From: a virus
DNA length: 64,000 bases
Direction: 5' to 3' (one strand)
Virus record (IMG/VR): IMGVR_UViG_3300028800_000060
Location: 1 to 64,000 of that record
A model generated the notes under the pieces. It worked only from the letters and a program-made list of their open reading frames with translations, did no database searches and was not told where the DNA came from. The position numbers and the translations under genes are program-made. This document shows positions 20,285 through 30,528 of this stretch, one piece after another (position 1 is the first letter of the stretch; each line of letters starts with the position of its first letter).

Positions 20285-20491
20285 ATGAATGTGCCTTTTA
20301 GTCCCGCCGAAACGGAAGCTATAAATCAAATGGCCAAAGTGTCAGATATTTCTCCTGAAGCTTTGGTGGTGCAAGCTGTTAGGATGTATCAATTGTGGAA
20401 AATGAATCGAATTAGATTAATTTGGCCAAGGATCTTGGAACACAAGCTTGTTGATGCAGAACCAACATCTATTGAACCGGTTTATGGTTAA
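20285..20491 (+). CDS. Small putative ribbon-helix-helix DNA-binding protein
   Basis: Beta-alpha-alpha pattern; strong sigma70 promoter TTGACG-18-TATAAT upstream. Confidence 0.45.
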   Translation: MNVPFSPAETEAINQMAKVSDISPEALVVQAVRMYQLWKMNRIRLIWPRILEHKLVDAEPTSIEPVYG

Positions 20492-20567
20492 TAGGGTTCT
20501 TTCTATTAATCCAAGTATCTATCCCAGCAAATATTGTAAATGTTCCTAAAAGAAGTATAACTGTCAT
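20469..20567 (-). CDS. Small single-TM peptide (32 aa)
   Basis: MTVILLLGTFTIFAGIDTWINRKNPINHKPVQ with an AGAGGA RBS and a late-like ATAAATA just upstream on the minus strand. Confidence 0.5.
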   Translation of the reverse strand: MTVILLLGTFTIFAGIDTWINRKNPINHKPVQ

Positions 20568-20633
20568 AAAGTCCTCTATTAATATTTATCTCTAAATGAC
20601 TCATTTTAAAAGATTTACACAAGGTGATGTAAA

Positions 20634-21698
20634 ATGCAACAAGTTTTAAGTTTTGATGATGTTCTTTTGGTGCCTAAAAGAACATTCGGTGGTAGTAGAT
20701 CGCAAGTAGATTTGACTACAACTATTTGCGGTTATCACATGAAAAATCCAATTTTTTCTGCCAATATGTCTTCGGTGACTGAATCTGCCATGGCTATAGC
20801 CATGCGAAGAAATGGTGGATTAGGTGTCTTGCATAGAATGTGTAGCCCTTCTGAGAACATTGAAATGGTGCGAGAAGTATATCTCGGCATATCTGAAGCC
20901 GATAATGTGAGCACACCAGCATTCGTTTCTCTCCCTTCTGATCCATACGAAGCATTTAACCGAATACGAGACACTAAGGATTTTGCTCCTTATGGCTACT
21001 GTATTGATGTGGCACATGCTGATTCTCCTGATGTCGAAGCTGTTGTTGTGCAAATTCTACAAGAGTTTCCTATGATTAAGTTGATTATTGGTAATTACGC
21101 TACTAAAAACGGAATCGATAATTTACTTGCATCTTTATATAAGAACAATTTACTGAATGAAGATTTTTACCAAAGAACCGCATTCAAAATTGGTATAGGT
21201 AGCGGTAGTCAATGCACTACTCGTATTGTTACGGGCTGTGGTATACCTACACTACAAAGCATCTTCGATATACGACAACGTTTTCCTGATGGTGATGTAA
21301 AAATTATCGCAGATGGCGGATTGAAGAATTCGGGAGATATTGTGAAAGCACTGGCCGCCGGAGCCGATGCTGTTATGCTTGGTAGCCTGATTGCGGGAAC
21401 AAAAGAAGCCCCCGGCAATGTCATTAAGAATGGTATGGGTCTCTATAAAGTTTATAGAGGATCGGCATCATTCGGACAGAAGTTTGAATCTGGAAAAGCT
21501 GGATACATTGAGGGTGCGGAGACACTTGTGCCTTATAAAGGACATGTGACTACCATTTTAACCCAATTGGTTGAAGGTATAAAATCTGGATTTTCTTATT
21601 GTGGTGCATTGAATTTGGAAGAATTGCGAGATAATGCGGAATTTGTGGAAATAACAAATGCAGGATACAGAGAATCACAAGATCATGGAAACCGTTGA
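20634..21698 (+). CDS. IMP dehydrogenase/GMP reductase family (no CBS domains)
   Basis: 'SFDDVLLVP', 'IDVAH', 'GIGSGSQCTTR', 'IADGG', 'GADAVMLGS'. GuaB vs GuaC not resolvable by eye. Confidence 0.9.
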   Translation: MQQVLSFDDVLLVPKRTFGGSRSQVDLTTTICGYHMKNPIFSANMSSVTESAMAIAMRRNGGLGVLHRMCSPSENIEMVREVYLGISEADNVSTPAFVSLPSDPYEAFNRIRDTKDFAPYGYCIDVAHADSPDVEAVVVQILQEFPMIKLIIGNYATKNGIDNLLASLYKNNLLNEDFYQRTAFKIGIGSGSQCTTRIVTGCGIPTLQSIFDIRQRFPDGDVKIIADGGLKNSGDIVKALAAGADAVMLGSLIAGTKEAPGNVIKNGMGLYKVYRGSASFGQKFESGKAGYIEGAETLVPYKGHVTTILTQLVEGIKSGFSYCGALNLEELRDNAEFVEITNAGYRESQDHGNR

Positions 21699-23862
21699 GG
21701 TTAATGTACCAGCAAAACATTTATTAGCAAAACTTCTGGCAACAGAATCAATTACCGTTGTGCATGCAGGAACTCGTACCGCAACATTTGATCCTGAAAA
21801 ACGTGTTTTGACTCTTCCTATTTGGAAGGATATGAATGGGGATTTGTATGATTTATTTGTTCTTCATGAAGTTTCGCATGCTTTGTATTCTCCCCAAGGA
21901 AATAAAGAACTTATCAAAGCTTGTAGGGATATTGATTCCAAATATCCACAATCTACCAAAAGATTTATTAATGTTGTTGAAGATGCCCGTATTGAACGAC
22001 TAATTAAAATAATGTATCCGGGTGGTTGTGGAGCATTTATTCGCGGTTATAAAGAATTGGTTGCTCGCAATTTTTTTGGTACGTCCGGAAAAAATATTAA
22101 TGATTTTGGAATTATAGATCGTATTAATATTTATTTTAAAACAGGAGATACAAGTATTAAATTTTCTGAAGAAGAAATGGTTTTTATTCGGGAAATTGAA
22201 AATGTTTTAACTTTTGATGGTGTTGTTGATATTTGTAAGAGATTATACAAATATGCTAAAGCCGAACGAGATAAGAAAAAGTCGGAACAAGAACCTCAGG
22301 ATGAGGAAGAAAGCGAAGAAATAAAAACCGCTTCTTCTTTTAAAGAAACGGAAGAAGATGAATCCGAAAAAGAAATTGATCCCGACCAATACGACCCTGG
22401 TTTGCCTGATGAGTCAGAAGATGAAGGCCAAACCACCGATGAAACCGAAGAGTCCTCTGAAACCGAAGAGTCCTCTGAAACCGAAGAGTCCTCTGAAAAT
22501 TCGGAAGATGACCCGGTTGAATCCTTAACAGAAAAAGCGTGGGAGCAAAGGCAATCACGACTAATAGATAGTTCGAGTATAATTAAGTATTTGGGTATAC
22601 CAAAACCGAAATTAGAAGAAATTATTATTCCTCATAAAAAAGTCCATTGTGGTATTAGGAAATTTTATGATGCAAACATTATAACTCGGTTTACCAAAGA
22701 ATTTGAAATTTTTAAAGAAGAAAATAAACCTATTGTCGATTGGCTATTTAAGGAATTTGAAATGCAAAAAGCGGCCGATCAATATGCTAGAACACAAGTT
22801 TCTAAAACAGGTATTTTAGATTTAAAACGTTTGAGCCAATATAAATTTTCGGAAGACTTGATGCTTAAAGTATCCACAGTATCGGGTGGGAAAAATCATG
22901 CTTTAGAAATTTTCTTGGATTGGAGTAGTTCGATGTCGACCAATATGATTGGTGCGGTACATCAATTACTTAATATTGCATTATTTGCAAGAAAAGCACA
23001 AATCCCTTTTAACGCTTATTCATTTGGAGCAAAAATCAAACATACTAGAGAAAAATATTTTTTGGCCAATGATGATAAGTTTAGCCATAAGGTTGATGAT
23101 TTTGCTTTTTATACAGGATTTTCCTTGCGTCAATTGCTTTCTAGTTCTATGTCTGCACTGGAATTTAATAATGCTTGTGTTAATTTATTATTGTTAGCAG
23201 AAAAGTTGCAAAATTGTGGATATAATAAAGAAATTCCTCCTACAGAAGAAATGTCAGGAACTCCTTTAAATGAAGCTATTGTTTCCGCAATAGATATTGT
23301 TGCTAATTTGCGTAAAAATACCAAAATACAGATTATCAATGTTATTTTTATTACGGATGGAGACGCTACGACAAATGGTTTTTTTGTTTCTGATAGTAAC
23401 GGAAATATAAAAGCTACAGACACTTCTAACCAAAAAGTTTATTTGCGGGATGAAAAAGCTCATATAGATTATCTGTTGAGTGAAAAAAATGGAGAAGAAA
23501 CAACGATTTTTTTAAAGATCCTACAAAGCAGAACGGGTGTTAATGTTGTTGGTTTTTATATTTCTAGTCCTGACGAAATATCAGTAGATGGGGACCTCAG
23601 AAAATATTGTCCGGAACAATGGCCAACACAAGCAGATGAGTTAAAAACAACATTGGAAAATGATGGTTATGTACTTATACCAAATATGGGATATAGTGAA
23701 TATTATTTTATCAGAGGAGGTAAATATTTGGTTGTAAACCTTGGAGAAAAAATAAATTCTCTAATGACAAACCAAAAGATGGTTTTAATTCTGTCTGAAA
23801 ATGGAAAAAATCAAAGAAAAAGAAGGATAGTTTTATCTAGATTTATTAAGATGATATCTTGA
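21685..23862 (+). CDS. Peptidase-like HExxH + vWA (CobT-like) protein, partner of the CobS/MoxR ATPase
   Basis: 'LAKLLATE', 'HEVSHALY', 'NVVEDARIE', acidic linker, MIDAS 'DWSSSM...GTPL...ITDG'. Confidence 0.85.
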   Translation: METVEVNVPAKHLLAKLLATESITVVHAGTRTATFDPEKRVLTLPIWKDMNGDLYDLFVLHEVSHALYSPQGNKELIKACRDIDSKYPQSTKRFINVVEDARIERLIKIMYPGGCGAFIRGYKELVARNFFGTSGKNINDFGIIDRINIYFKTGDTSIKFSEEEMVFIREIENVLTFDGVVDICKRLYKYAKAERDKKKSEQEPQDEEESEEIKTASSFKETEEDESEKEIDPDQYDPGLPDESEDEGQTTDETEESSETEESSETEESSENSEDDPVESLTEKAWEQRQSRLIDSSSIIKYLGIPKPKLEEIIIPHKKVHCGIRKFYDANIITRFTKEFEIFKEENKPIVDWLFKEFEMQKAADQYARTQVSKTGILDLKRLSQYKFSEDLMLKVSTVSGGKNHALEIFLDWSSSMSTNMIGAVHQLLNIALFARKAQIPFNAYSFGAKIKHTREKYFLANDDKFSHKVDDFAFYTGFSLRQLLSSSMSALEFNNACVNLLLLAEKLQNCGYNKEIPPTEEMSGTPLNEAIVSAIDIVANLRKNTKIQIINVIFITDGDATTNGFFVSDSNGNIKATDTSNQKVYLRDEKAHIDYLLSEKNGEETTIFLKILQSRTGVNVVGFYISSPDEISVDGDLRKYCPEQWPTQADELKTTLENDGYVLIPNMGYSEYYFIRGGKYLVVNLGEKINSLMTNQKMVLILSENGKNQRKRRIVLSRFIKMIS
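22441..22498 (+). repeat. 18-bp tandem repeat x3 (GAAACCGAAGAGTCCTCT; ETEESS)
   Basis: Perfect in-frame tandem copies in the acidic linker. Confidence 0.95.
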
Positions 23863-23904
23863 CTTTAAATCTATTTCATAGTATAATAGAATAATACGAA
23901 ATAA

Positions 23905-24255
23905 ATGCAAAATAAAATTAAAAACCCCTTTCAACCTAAAACGTTAACAACCGAACAGAGGATGTTGGTGGACCAATTGGTTACCCACCTGGGAGAAAAA
24001 CATACCAATGTGAAATTTAAAGATTTGCAACAAGCCGCGAAAGATGTATTGCATCTTAATTTTCCTCCTGGTTGGATTTCACGTAATATGAAAGTGAGAA
24101 ATAAAGAAAAGCGTGGAAGATATGATTTAAGCGCATTACTTAAATTGCCTGTTGTTGCTTTTAAGGAAGAACCGAAGAAACGAAAGCAGAAAGAGAAAGA
24201 AAGCATTCCTGAAATTGAATCTCCGTGGAATGATTGCTCCGAAATAAATCCTTAG
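23905..24255 (+). CDS. Hypothetical protein, similar in pattern to the N-terminal domain of the downstream ATPase
   Basis: 'P.WI...RGRYDL' resembles 'PTWI...RGKYKL' in the next ORF; sigma70 promoter upstream. Confidence 0.5.
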   Translation: MQNKIKNPFQPKTLTTEQRMLVDQLVTHLGEKHTNVKFKDLQQAAKDVLHLNFPPGWISRNMKVRNKEKRGRYDLSALLKLPVVAFKEEPKKRKQKEKESIPEIESPWNDCSEINP

Positions 24256-24259
24256 TAAC

Positions 24260-25426
24260 ATGACCAAAAAACAAAGTGAATTTGTTTCTCTTGTTATAAC
24301 CCGTTTTGGTCATAGGGAATATATTACTAGACAGGAAATTAAATCTATTGTTGATGATTTGGGCATTAAATGGCCAACTTGGATAGGATCTAAGGAATAT
24401 AGATTAGCGCGAGGTAAATATAAATTACCTTTGACTGGTTCTGAACCAGCGACAGCCATACACACTAAAGAAATTCCGAAAAAGATTCAGTTTCCTCAAC
24501 AGATATTGTTGGCTCCCACAGAAGGTTTAATTCCTTATAGTGATCCTACATTTGTTCCAAATGGTTGTTATAAAGATGTGAGAACAATTATTGAAAGTGG
24601 GGTATTTCTTCCCATTTATATTGCAGGCCCAACAAGATCTGGCAAAACATTAATTCCAATCCAAATATGCTCTGAAGTAAAAAAGCCCCTATACCGCGTC
24701 AACATTACAATTGAAACCGATGAGAGTGATCTCATAGGGGGATATAAATTAATTAATGGTGAGACTATATGGGAAGATGGACCTGCTGTTAAAGCTGCCG
24801 AGGATCCTAAAGGTGCTCTTTTATTATTAGATGAAATTGATTTGGGATCCAACAAGTTATTGTGTTTACAACCTCTATTAGAAGGAAATGGAATTTACAT
24901 AAAGAAAACTAATAGATGGGTACGTCCGGCTCCAAAATTTAATATTATTGCCACAGCTAATACAAAAGGACGTGGAAGTGAAGACGCGAAATATATTGGG
25001 ACCAACATAATGAATGAAGCTATGTTGGAAAGATTTCCTATTACGTATGAACAGGGATATCCATCTAAGAAAGTTGAGATGATGATATTAAAAAAGAATT
25101 TGGATTTATATGATACCAAATCTCCTGAATTCGTAGAACGTCTTTGCCAGTGGGCTGAAAATATTAGAAAAACGAAAGAAAATGGTGGTGTTGACGAAAC
25201 CATTAGTACTGGTCGTTTGGTTTATATCGTTAAAACATATGTTATTTTTGGAAATAATAGAATAAAAGCTGTCAAGGATAATATTTCCAGATTTGATTTG
25301 AACACCCAAGTTAGTTTTTTGGATGCATATACCAAAATAGATGCTAATGCTAAAGATGGACCCGATACCGTAATGATTCCGCAAGAAAATTTAGCTCCTA
25401 GTATTCCAGTAAAAACAACTTGGTAA
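24260..25426 (+). CDS. CobS/MoxR-like AAA+ ATPase
   Basis: GPTRSGKT, 'TDESDLIGG', LLLLDEID, 'ATANTKGRG', 'NEAMLERF'. Confidence 0.9.
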   Translation: MTKKQSEFVSLVITRFGHREYITRQEIKSIVDDLGIKWPTWIGSKEYRLARGKYKLPLTGSEPATAIHTKEIPKKIQFPQQILLAPTEGLIPYSDPTFVPNGCYKDVRTIIESGVFLPIYIAGPTRSGKTLIPIQICSEVKKPLYRVNITIETDESDLIGGYKLINGETIWEDGPAVKAAEDPKGALLLLDEIDLGSNKLLCLQPLLEGNGIYIKKTNRWVRPAPKFNIIATANTKGRGSEDAKYIGTNIMNEAMLERFPITYEQGYPSKKVEMMILKKNLDLYDTKSPEFVERLCQWAENIRKTKENGGVDETISTGRLVYIVKTYVIFGNNRIKAVKDNISRFDLNTQVSFLDAYTKIDANAKDGPDTVMIPQENLAPSIPVKTTW

Positions 25427-25477
25427 ATTTGACAATTAACAAATTATTGTGCTATAATAGAAAGAAAAGAGAAATGA

Positions 25478-25933
25478 ATGAGTATTTTTGAAGATTCGGA
25501 AGAATGTCAACCAGATCCTATTAAAAATGATCTTCCTGCTTCTTGGGATTTAGTATTGAATGATTTGGCCATGGCCAAACACTCTCACCCAGAACAAGAG
25601 AGGATGCAAAAATTATTAATTGAAGATATTAAGAAGCGGGATCTCTTAGGAGAGAAGCGGTACGGTGTAAGGTTGCAACCTTGTAATGGAAGAAATACCT
25701 TACAAGATGCATATGAAGAATGTTTGGATGCTATTGTGTATATGCGTTCCGCAGTTTTTGAGGAATTTAATTCAAATACACTCGTTGTTACTCCCGAAAC
25801 TGAATTTTTTAAGGCAGGAACAACACAATTGTATACTCACATATTAGATGTATCAATGAAACTAAAATTTTTGATTGAGAAAAAGAAGGAGCATAATGGC
25901 AGCAAAGAAGAAAACAGCATCATCCTCGGTTAA
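25478..25933 (+). CDS. Hypothetical protein, possible all-alpha NTP pyrophosphohydrolase-like
   Basis: 'R...GEKRYG..L...NGR..LQDAYEECLDAIVY' (EExxD). Confidence 0.5.
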   Translation: MSIFEDSEECQPDPIKNDLPASWDLVLNDLAMAKHSHPEQERMQKLLIEDIKKRDLLGEKRYGVRLQPCNGRNTLQDAYEECLDAIVYMRSAVFEEFNSNTLVVTPETEFFKAGTTQLYTHILDVSMKLKFLIEKKKEHNGSKEENSIILG

Positions 25934-26636
25934 TTTACTAACACCGGCAACGATAGAAATTCTAAAGAACCTAGCAACAATAAATGAAACCTTGTTATTT
26001 CCTCCCGGTAATTTGTTGGTTACACGTTCGGTAAAAAAGCATACTTATGCTGAGGTTACTGTTTCCGAAACGTTTCCTTTACGCCCATCGGGTGAAAAAA
26101 TTGTAGTTTATGATTTGAACCAATTTTTATCGGTAGTTACCCAGTTCGAAAAACCCACTTTAAATTTTGAAGCAGCATCGGAATATATGGTAATTTCTGA
26201 TGAAGTTGGAGGAATGTCAGTTAAGTTCCATTATGGAGATGAATCTTTAGCATATACTCCCGACCCAAATAAGAAAATTGAATTGCCTAGCACTGAAGTA
26301 GCAATGCAATTAACCGAAAAAGATTCTAAACAAATCATAAATATGGCGCGTACTTTAGGTACGCCAGAGTTGGCTATTGAAAGTGATGGTAAAAATCTAA
26401 AGTTAGTTGCGCGAGATATCAAAAATACAAGTACAAATACAACCGAATTGTTGATTGGTAAATCTCCAGATTCTACACCATTTTCGTTTGTATGGAAAAT
26501 TGAATATTTGAAACTATTGCCGGGAACCTACGATCTAGCCGTATCTAAGGAAGGTCTTAGTAGATTTAAGCATACTAGTTTGCCAATTACATACCACATT
26601 GTTTTAGAAGCAAATAGTAGTAAATATGGTGAATAA
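25896..26636 (+). CDS. 45: Sliding clamp gp45
   Basis: 'TIEILKNLATIN', 'YDLNQFL', 'LKLLPGTYD' and synteny with gp44/gp62. Confidence 0.9.
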   Translation: MAAKKKTASSSVNLLTPATIEILKNLATINETLLFPPGNLLVTRSVKKHTYAEVTVSETFPLRPSGEKIVVYDLNQFLSVVTQFEKPTLNFEAASEYMVISDEVGGMSVKFHYGDESLAYTPDPNKKIELPSTEVAMQLTEKDSKQIINMARTLGTPELAIESDGKNLKLVARDIKNTSTNTTELLIGKSPDSTPFSFVWKIEYLKLLPGTYDLAVSKEGLSRFKHTSLPITYHIVLEANSSKYGE

Positions 26637-26658
26637 TTAATAAGGGACGAGAAATTAT

Positions 26659-26880
26659 ATGAGAGAATTTTTGTTTACATTATTTTTTGGGTCAGATGAA
26701 ATTGCTTCCCGAATGTTTAACCTTTTGAACTTGCGACGGGCTGCCATTGCTCGGAACTTACAAAATAATCTACTTCGTTCCGAATTATATCGGGGTGAAA
26801 CTAGCTTAGTGCAGATTACCAATAAGTATCGAGTTGAACGTGAAGCTTTGGAATTGGCATACCGCTTAGAATTAGACTAG
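26659..26880 (+). CDS. Hypothetical protein
   Basis: ORF with RBS. Confidence 0.5.
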   Translation: MREFLFTLFFGSDEIASRMFNLLNLRRAAIARNLQNNLLRSELYRGETSLVQITNKYRVEREALELAYRLELD

Positions 26881-26893
26881 TTTAACTAGTCAT

Positions 26894-26971
26894 GGGGATG
26901 TCTTTGCTAATAGGTCAGGCAGCCACCCTTTCAAGGTGGAAATGACGGTTCGATTCCGTCCATCCCTACCA
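26894..26971 (+). tRNA. tRNA-Glu(TTC)
   Basis: GGGGATG/CATCCCT acceptor, CCACC-ctTTCaa-GGTGG, TTCGATT T-loop, ACCA end. Confidence 0.88.
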
Positions 26972-27070
26972 ATTTAAAGGAAAATTATGGAAATCGATAT
27001 AAAACTAAAGGAAGCATCTTGTGTAAAAGAGTTGCCATCCATCGATTACGGAACGGTAATTAATTAATTA

Positions 27071-27346
27071 ATGCCATCATCAAGTAATAGACCTAATACC
27101 AAATTACATTGCACACAATGTGGGAAAAAGCGTAAAATGCTTAATTTCCTGGCAATCAATACAGAACAAAAGGATAATGAAAAGAATGTATATCCCTTTG
27201 ATCTTCGACGCTTTTTGGATTTGATCAAAGGCGATTCGATGATTCGATTGCCTAGATATTATGCTGGCATTTGCAGTATATGTTTTGGTAAAACTTTTTA
27301 CCGTGCGCAAAATCACGGTAAAAATCTCGAAGTTGTTGTAATTTAA
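27071..27346 (+). CDS. Hypothetical Zn-finger protein (CxxC...CxxC)
   Basis: CTQC...CSIC. Confidence 0.5.
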   Translation: MPSSSNRPNTKLHCTQCGKKRKMLNFLAINTEQKDNEKNVYPFDLRRFLDLIKGDSMIRLPRYYAGICSICFGKTFYRAQNHGKNLEVVVI

Positions 27347-27354
27347 TTGTTCTG

Positions 27355-27428
27355 GAGAGTGTTGTTGAGAAGGTATGCCTCCTGATCCATAGGTCATGTT
27401 CCTATGGTGCCTCACCGAAAACACTCTC
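27355..27428 (+). ncRNA. Putative structured RNA (long rod hairpin)
   Basis: GAGAGTGTT/AACACTCTC closing stem with inner AGGTA/TGCCT and CCATAGG/CCTATGG. Confidence 0.4.
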
Positions 27429-27455
27429 AAATATTATTAAAAGGTGAATTAATTA

Positions 27456-28403
27456 ATGATTCGTGCTGAATTGATTTGGGTTGAAAAATACCGTCCGCAT
27501 ACAGTTAAAGATTGTGTCCTTCCTGAAAGTCTTCGAAGTATTTTCCAAGCATACGTAGATAAAAAGATCATACCAAATATGACATTATCTGGTGGTCCAG
27601 GTATTGGAAAAACTACTATTTCTAAAGCTTTATGTGATCAATTAGACGCCGATTTATTGGTAGTCAATTGTTCAGAAAATGGAAATATCGATACTCTCAG
27701 AAATGATATTCGCTGTTTTGCTTCCACAGTTTCCATGACGGGAGGAAGAAAAGTCGTCTTATTAGATGAAGCCGATGGGCTGACATTTACAACACAACAA
27801 GCTCTCCGAGCTTTTATGGAAGAATTTTCCGGAAATTGTTCGTTTATATTAACCTGCAATTTTAAGAATAAAATTATAGATGCATTACATTCAAGATGTC
27901 CCGTGATTGAATTTAAGCCTACCAAAGATGATAAAATCGGAATGGCAAAGCAAATGCATCAGCGAGCAGCGGAAATCCTAAAAAAGGAAAAAGTTCCTTT
28001 CGAAGATAAGATTTTAGCTCAACTGATTATGAAGTTTTTCCCAGATTTTCGTGAAACGCTGGGCACTCTTCAGAAATATTCTATTGTAGGAAAAATTGAT
28101 AGCGGTATTATTTCAATGATTTCTGAAGCACCAATTAAAGAATTGATAGGTGCTATGAAGGAAAAAGATTTTACAAAAGTCAGGAAGTGGGTTGCGAACA
28201 ATCTTGATAACGAGCCTGCACGAATTTACAGGCAATTGTTCGATTCAATGTACGAACATTTTAAACCAGCATTTATTCCACAATTTGTTTTGGTATTAGG
28301 TGATTATTTAGACCAGGCTGGCCGGTCTCTAGATCAAGAAATAACTCTTTTGGCTTTCTTAACGCGAGTTATGGCCGATGAGGAGTTTGAAGTGATACAA
28401 TGA
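27456..28403 (+). CDS. 44: Clamp loader large subunit gp44
   Basis: WVEKYRP, GPGIGKTT, LLDEAD, SRC. Confidence 0.96.
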   Translation: MIRAELIWVEKYRPHTVKDCVLPESLRSIFQAYVDKKIIPNMTLSGGPGIGKTTISKALCDQLDADLLVVNCSENGNIDTLRNDIRCFASTVSMTGGRKVVLLDEADGLTFTTQQALRAFMEEFSGNCSFILTCNFKNKIIDALHSRCPVIEFKPTKDDKIGMAKQMHQRAAEILKKEKVPFEDKILAQLIMKFFPDFRETLGTLQKYSIVGKIDSGIISMISEAPIKELIGAMKEKDFTKVRKWVANNLDNEPARIYRQLFDSMYEHFKPAFIPQFVLVLGDYLDQAGRSLDQEITLLAFLTRVMADEEFEVIQ

Positions 28404-28606
28404 CAGAACTATACCAACTAAAGAATGCTGTTATTGCTGCCATCGATTATATGGATCATGGAAGATTCTGTGAAATCGGCCAATGTGATGTTTGTACTTG
28501 CGGTATGGTAAAATCACGAGAAGAGTTAAAAACGGCATTTAATCTTGTACGACAGGTGTGTATCGATGCGGAGGTATCTAAGTGCCTGACCTCATCCAAT
28601 TCCTAA
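28400..28606 (+). CDS. Hypothetical protein
   Basis: Translationally coupled ORF with an H/C cluster. Confidence 0.45.
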   Translation: MTELYQLKNAVIAAIDYMDHGRFCEIGQCDVCTCGMVKSREELKTAFNLVRQVCIDAEVSKCLTSSNS

Positions 28607-28992
28607 GATCGATTAATAACACAAAAGATAATCTTTTTTCTGATCCAGATTTAGATCCAGTACAAACGGAAAAAGATTATACTAAATTAGCATATATAAT
28701 TAATAGGTGCGTAAGTTATCATCCAGATACTATTTTCTATGCACAGGAAATGAATATGAGATCTTCCTTAGATGGTAAGCCTCAGTACATTTTCTACTTG
28801 CATGGTGTCAGTAAACGCCCGAGATATGCCAAAGGCATGAAAGCGGATAACCCAGAACACCTGGAGATTGTTAAAGACTATTACGGTTATAGCACTAAAA
28901 AGGCTCGTAAAGCTTTAGAAGTACTTTCTCTTGATGACATTGAATATATAAAAGCTCGGTCCTACAAAGGTGGATTGAGCAAAAATAAATAA
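28582..28992 (+). CDS. 62: Clamp loader small subunit gp62
   Basis: 'SINNTK...IINR..S...DTIFYAQEMN...KDYYGYS..KA..AL.VLS'. Confidence 0.9.
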   Translation: MPDLIQFLRSINNTKDNLFSDPDLDPVQTEKDYTKLAYIINRCVSYHPDTIFYAQEMNMRSSLDGKPQYIFYLHGVSKRPRYAKGMKADNPEHLEIVKDYYGYSTKKARKALEVLSLDDIEYIKARSYKGGLSKNK

Positions 28993-29001
28993 GGAGACCT
29001 G

Positions 29002-29415
29002 ATGATGGGGTTATCAATTAATGAAATGATTGAAGTACGTTTGGCGGAAGAAGATGATTTTTTAAAGGTAAGAGAAACATTGACGCGTATTGGTATAGCT
29101 TCTCGGAAAGAACCAAAGTTATTCCAATCTTGCCATATTCTTCATAAGCAAGGACATTATTACATAGTCCATTTCAAAGAACTTTTTTCTTTGGATGGAA
29201 AACCAACAAATTTCTCGGAAGAAGATATTGGGCGAAGAAATACAATTGCCAATTTGTTGGCAGAATGGGGATTATGTACGTTAGTTGATTCCCAAAAGTC
29301 GGCCACGCCTGTGGCTGCTATTAATACTATTAAGATCATTTCTTTTAAAGAAAAAGATAAGTGGGAATTAGTTCCGAAGTACAATATTGGAAAAACAAAA
29401 CAGCGAGTACAATAA
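29002..29415 (+). CDS. regA: RegA translational repressor
   Basis: 'DDFLKVRETLTRIGIAS...QSCHILHKQG.YYIVHFKELF.LDG...KYNIG'. Confidence 0.97.
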   Translation: MMGLSINEMIEVRLAEEDDFLKVRETLTRIGIASRKEPKLFQSCHILHKQGHYYIVHFKELFSLDGKPTNFSEEDIGRRNTIANLLAEWGLCTLVDSQKSATPVAAINTIKIISFKEKDKWELVPKYNIGKTKQRVQ

Positions 29416-29743
29416 TTATGGAAGAGATTCAAAATGTAGTTGATCAGGCAACATATGATTATATCGAAAGCCAGAAGAGACATAATAATTCTCTTGGCCA
29501 GTTTTTACGGCAACGAGAACAAGCTTTCTTAACCAACAATCAATCTGAATCGGTTGTTGTTATGACTGATAGAAAATATCAGAAATTACCTAATGGATGG
29601 TCTTTACTTGAACAAGAAAATGTAGTAGAATAGGTACTGAAATGACAATTGAACATGCTGTTAAGATTTTCTTTTCAGGGCAAAAGCTTATTTTTGGTAA
29701 TACCGTGAATATTGTTATTTGATAGGAAGGTACTACTAAAATT

Positions 29744-30490
29744 ATGATCGGCAAGAAACACATTAATGACATTCGTGATGGTAAGGCACTTTCGCATTAC
29801 CTCGAATCAAAGGTTGGTCAACCGTGGGATAAAGTTTATTCCGAACTGTGTTCTCTTGCCGATCATCGTTCCAAAGTTGGAATGGATCTTCGCAAACGCA
29901 TCGGATGGAATATCGAACGCGATGTGTTTATCAGTGAAGATGGCAAACCTTTCACCATGGGCCGATACGGCCCTTATCCTGTACGCTGCCTCTATGTACA
30001 TCCCAAAACGGGATTGATTTGTATCCCACCCAAAACGGTAAAGAAAGTTACACCGAAGAAAATCGAGAAGGTTCGTTGGCACGATAACTTTTGGTTTGAG
30101 GTTGCGACTTTCAATACTGAAAATAATATTTGTGGATGCCGGCATTTCAAATTTCCGAAATACGACCCTACATACGACCCTACAGTATACCGATATCGTC
30201 CATATCATCAAGAAGTTGCAAAATGTATTCATGGTAATGAACCTACTCCACGTGATATTTGGTTTGTTGTTGAATATGGCGAACACAAATTGGATGAAGT
30301 TTATGAAGTTATAACTTTTAATGAATGTGGTTATGGAATGCGATATGCTTATGGGTTAAAAAATCCTGGAGATATACACGTCGTTCATTATCGGGATGTT
30401 CCTAATATTGACCGAAAATATATCATTCACAAAAAACAGGCCAATCATAAAGAATTGCAAGAATTGAAAAAGCTATTATTGTCTAAATAA
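29744..30490 (+). CDS. Hypothetical protein
   Basis: 248-aa ORF; 'YLESKVGQPWDKVYSE...LYVHPKTG'. Confidence 0.6.
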   Translation: MIGKKHINDIRDGKALSHYLESKVGQPWDKVYSELCSLADHRSKVGMDLRKRIGWNIERDVFISEDGKPFTMGRYGPYPVRCLYVHPKTGLICIPPKTVKKVTPKKIEKVRWHDNFWFEVATFNTENNICGCRHFKFPKYDPTYDPTVYRYRPYHQEVAKCIHGNEPTPRDIWFVVEYGEHKLDEVYEVITFNECGYGMRYAYGLKNPGDIHVVHYRDVPNIDRKYIIHKKQANHKELQELKKLLLSK

Positions 30491-30528
30491 AGTTGACATC
30501 CCTTTGCTTCTGTGAGAAAATAAAATAA

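Noticed and set aside
27380-27428. Hammerhead ribozyme (CTGAT...CGAAA)
   Set aside because: The CUGANGA core is incomplete and stem geometry does not fit.
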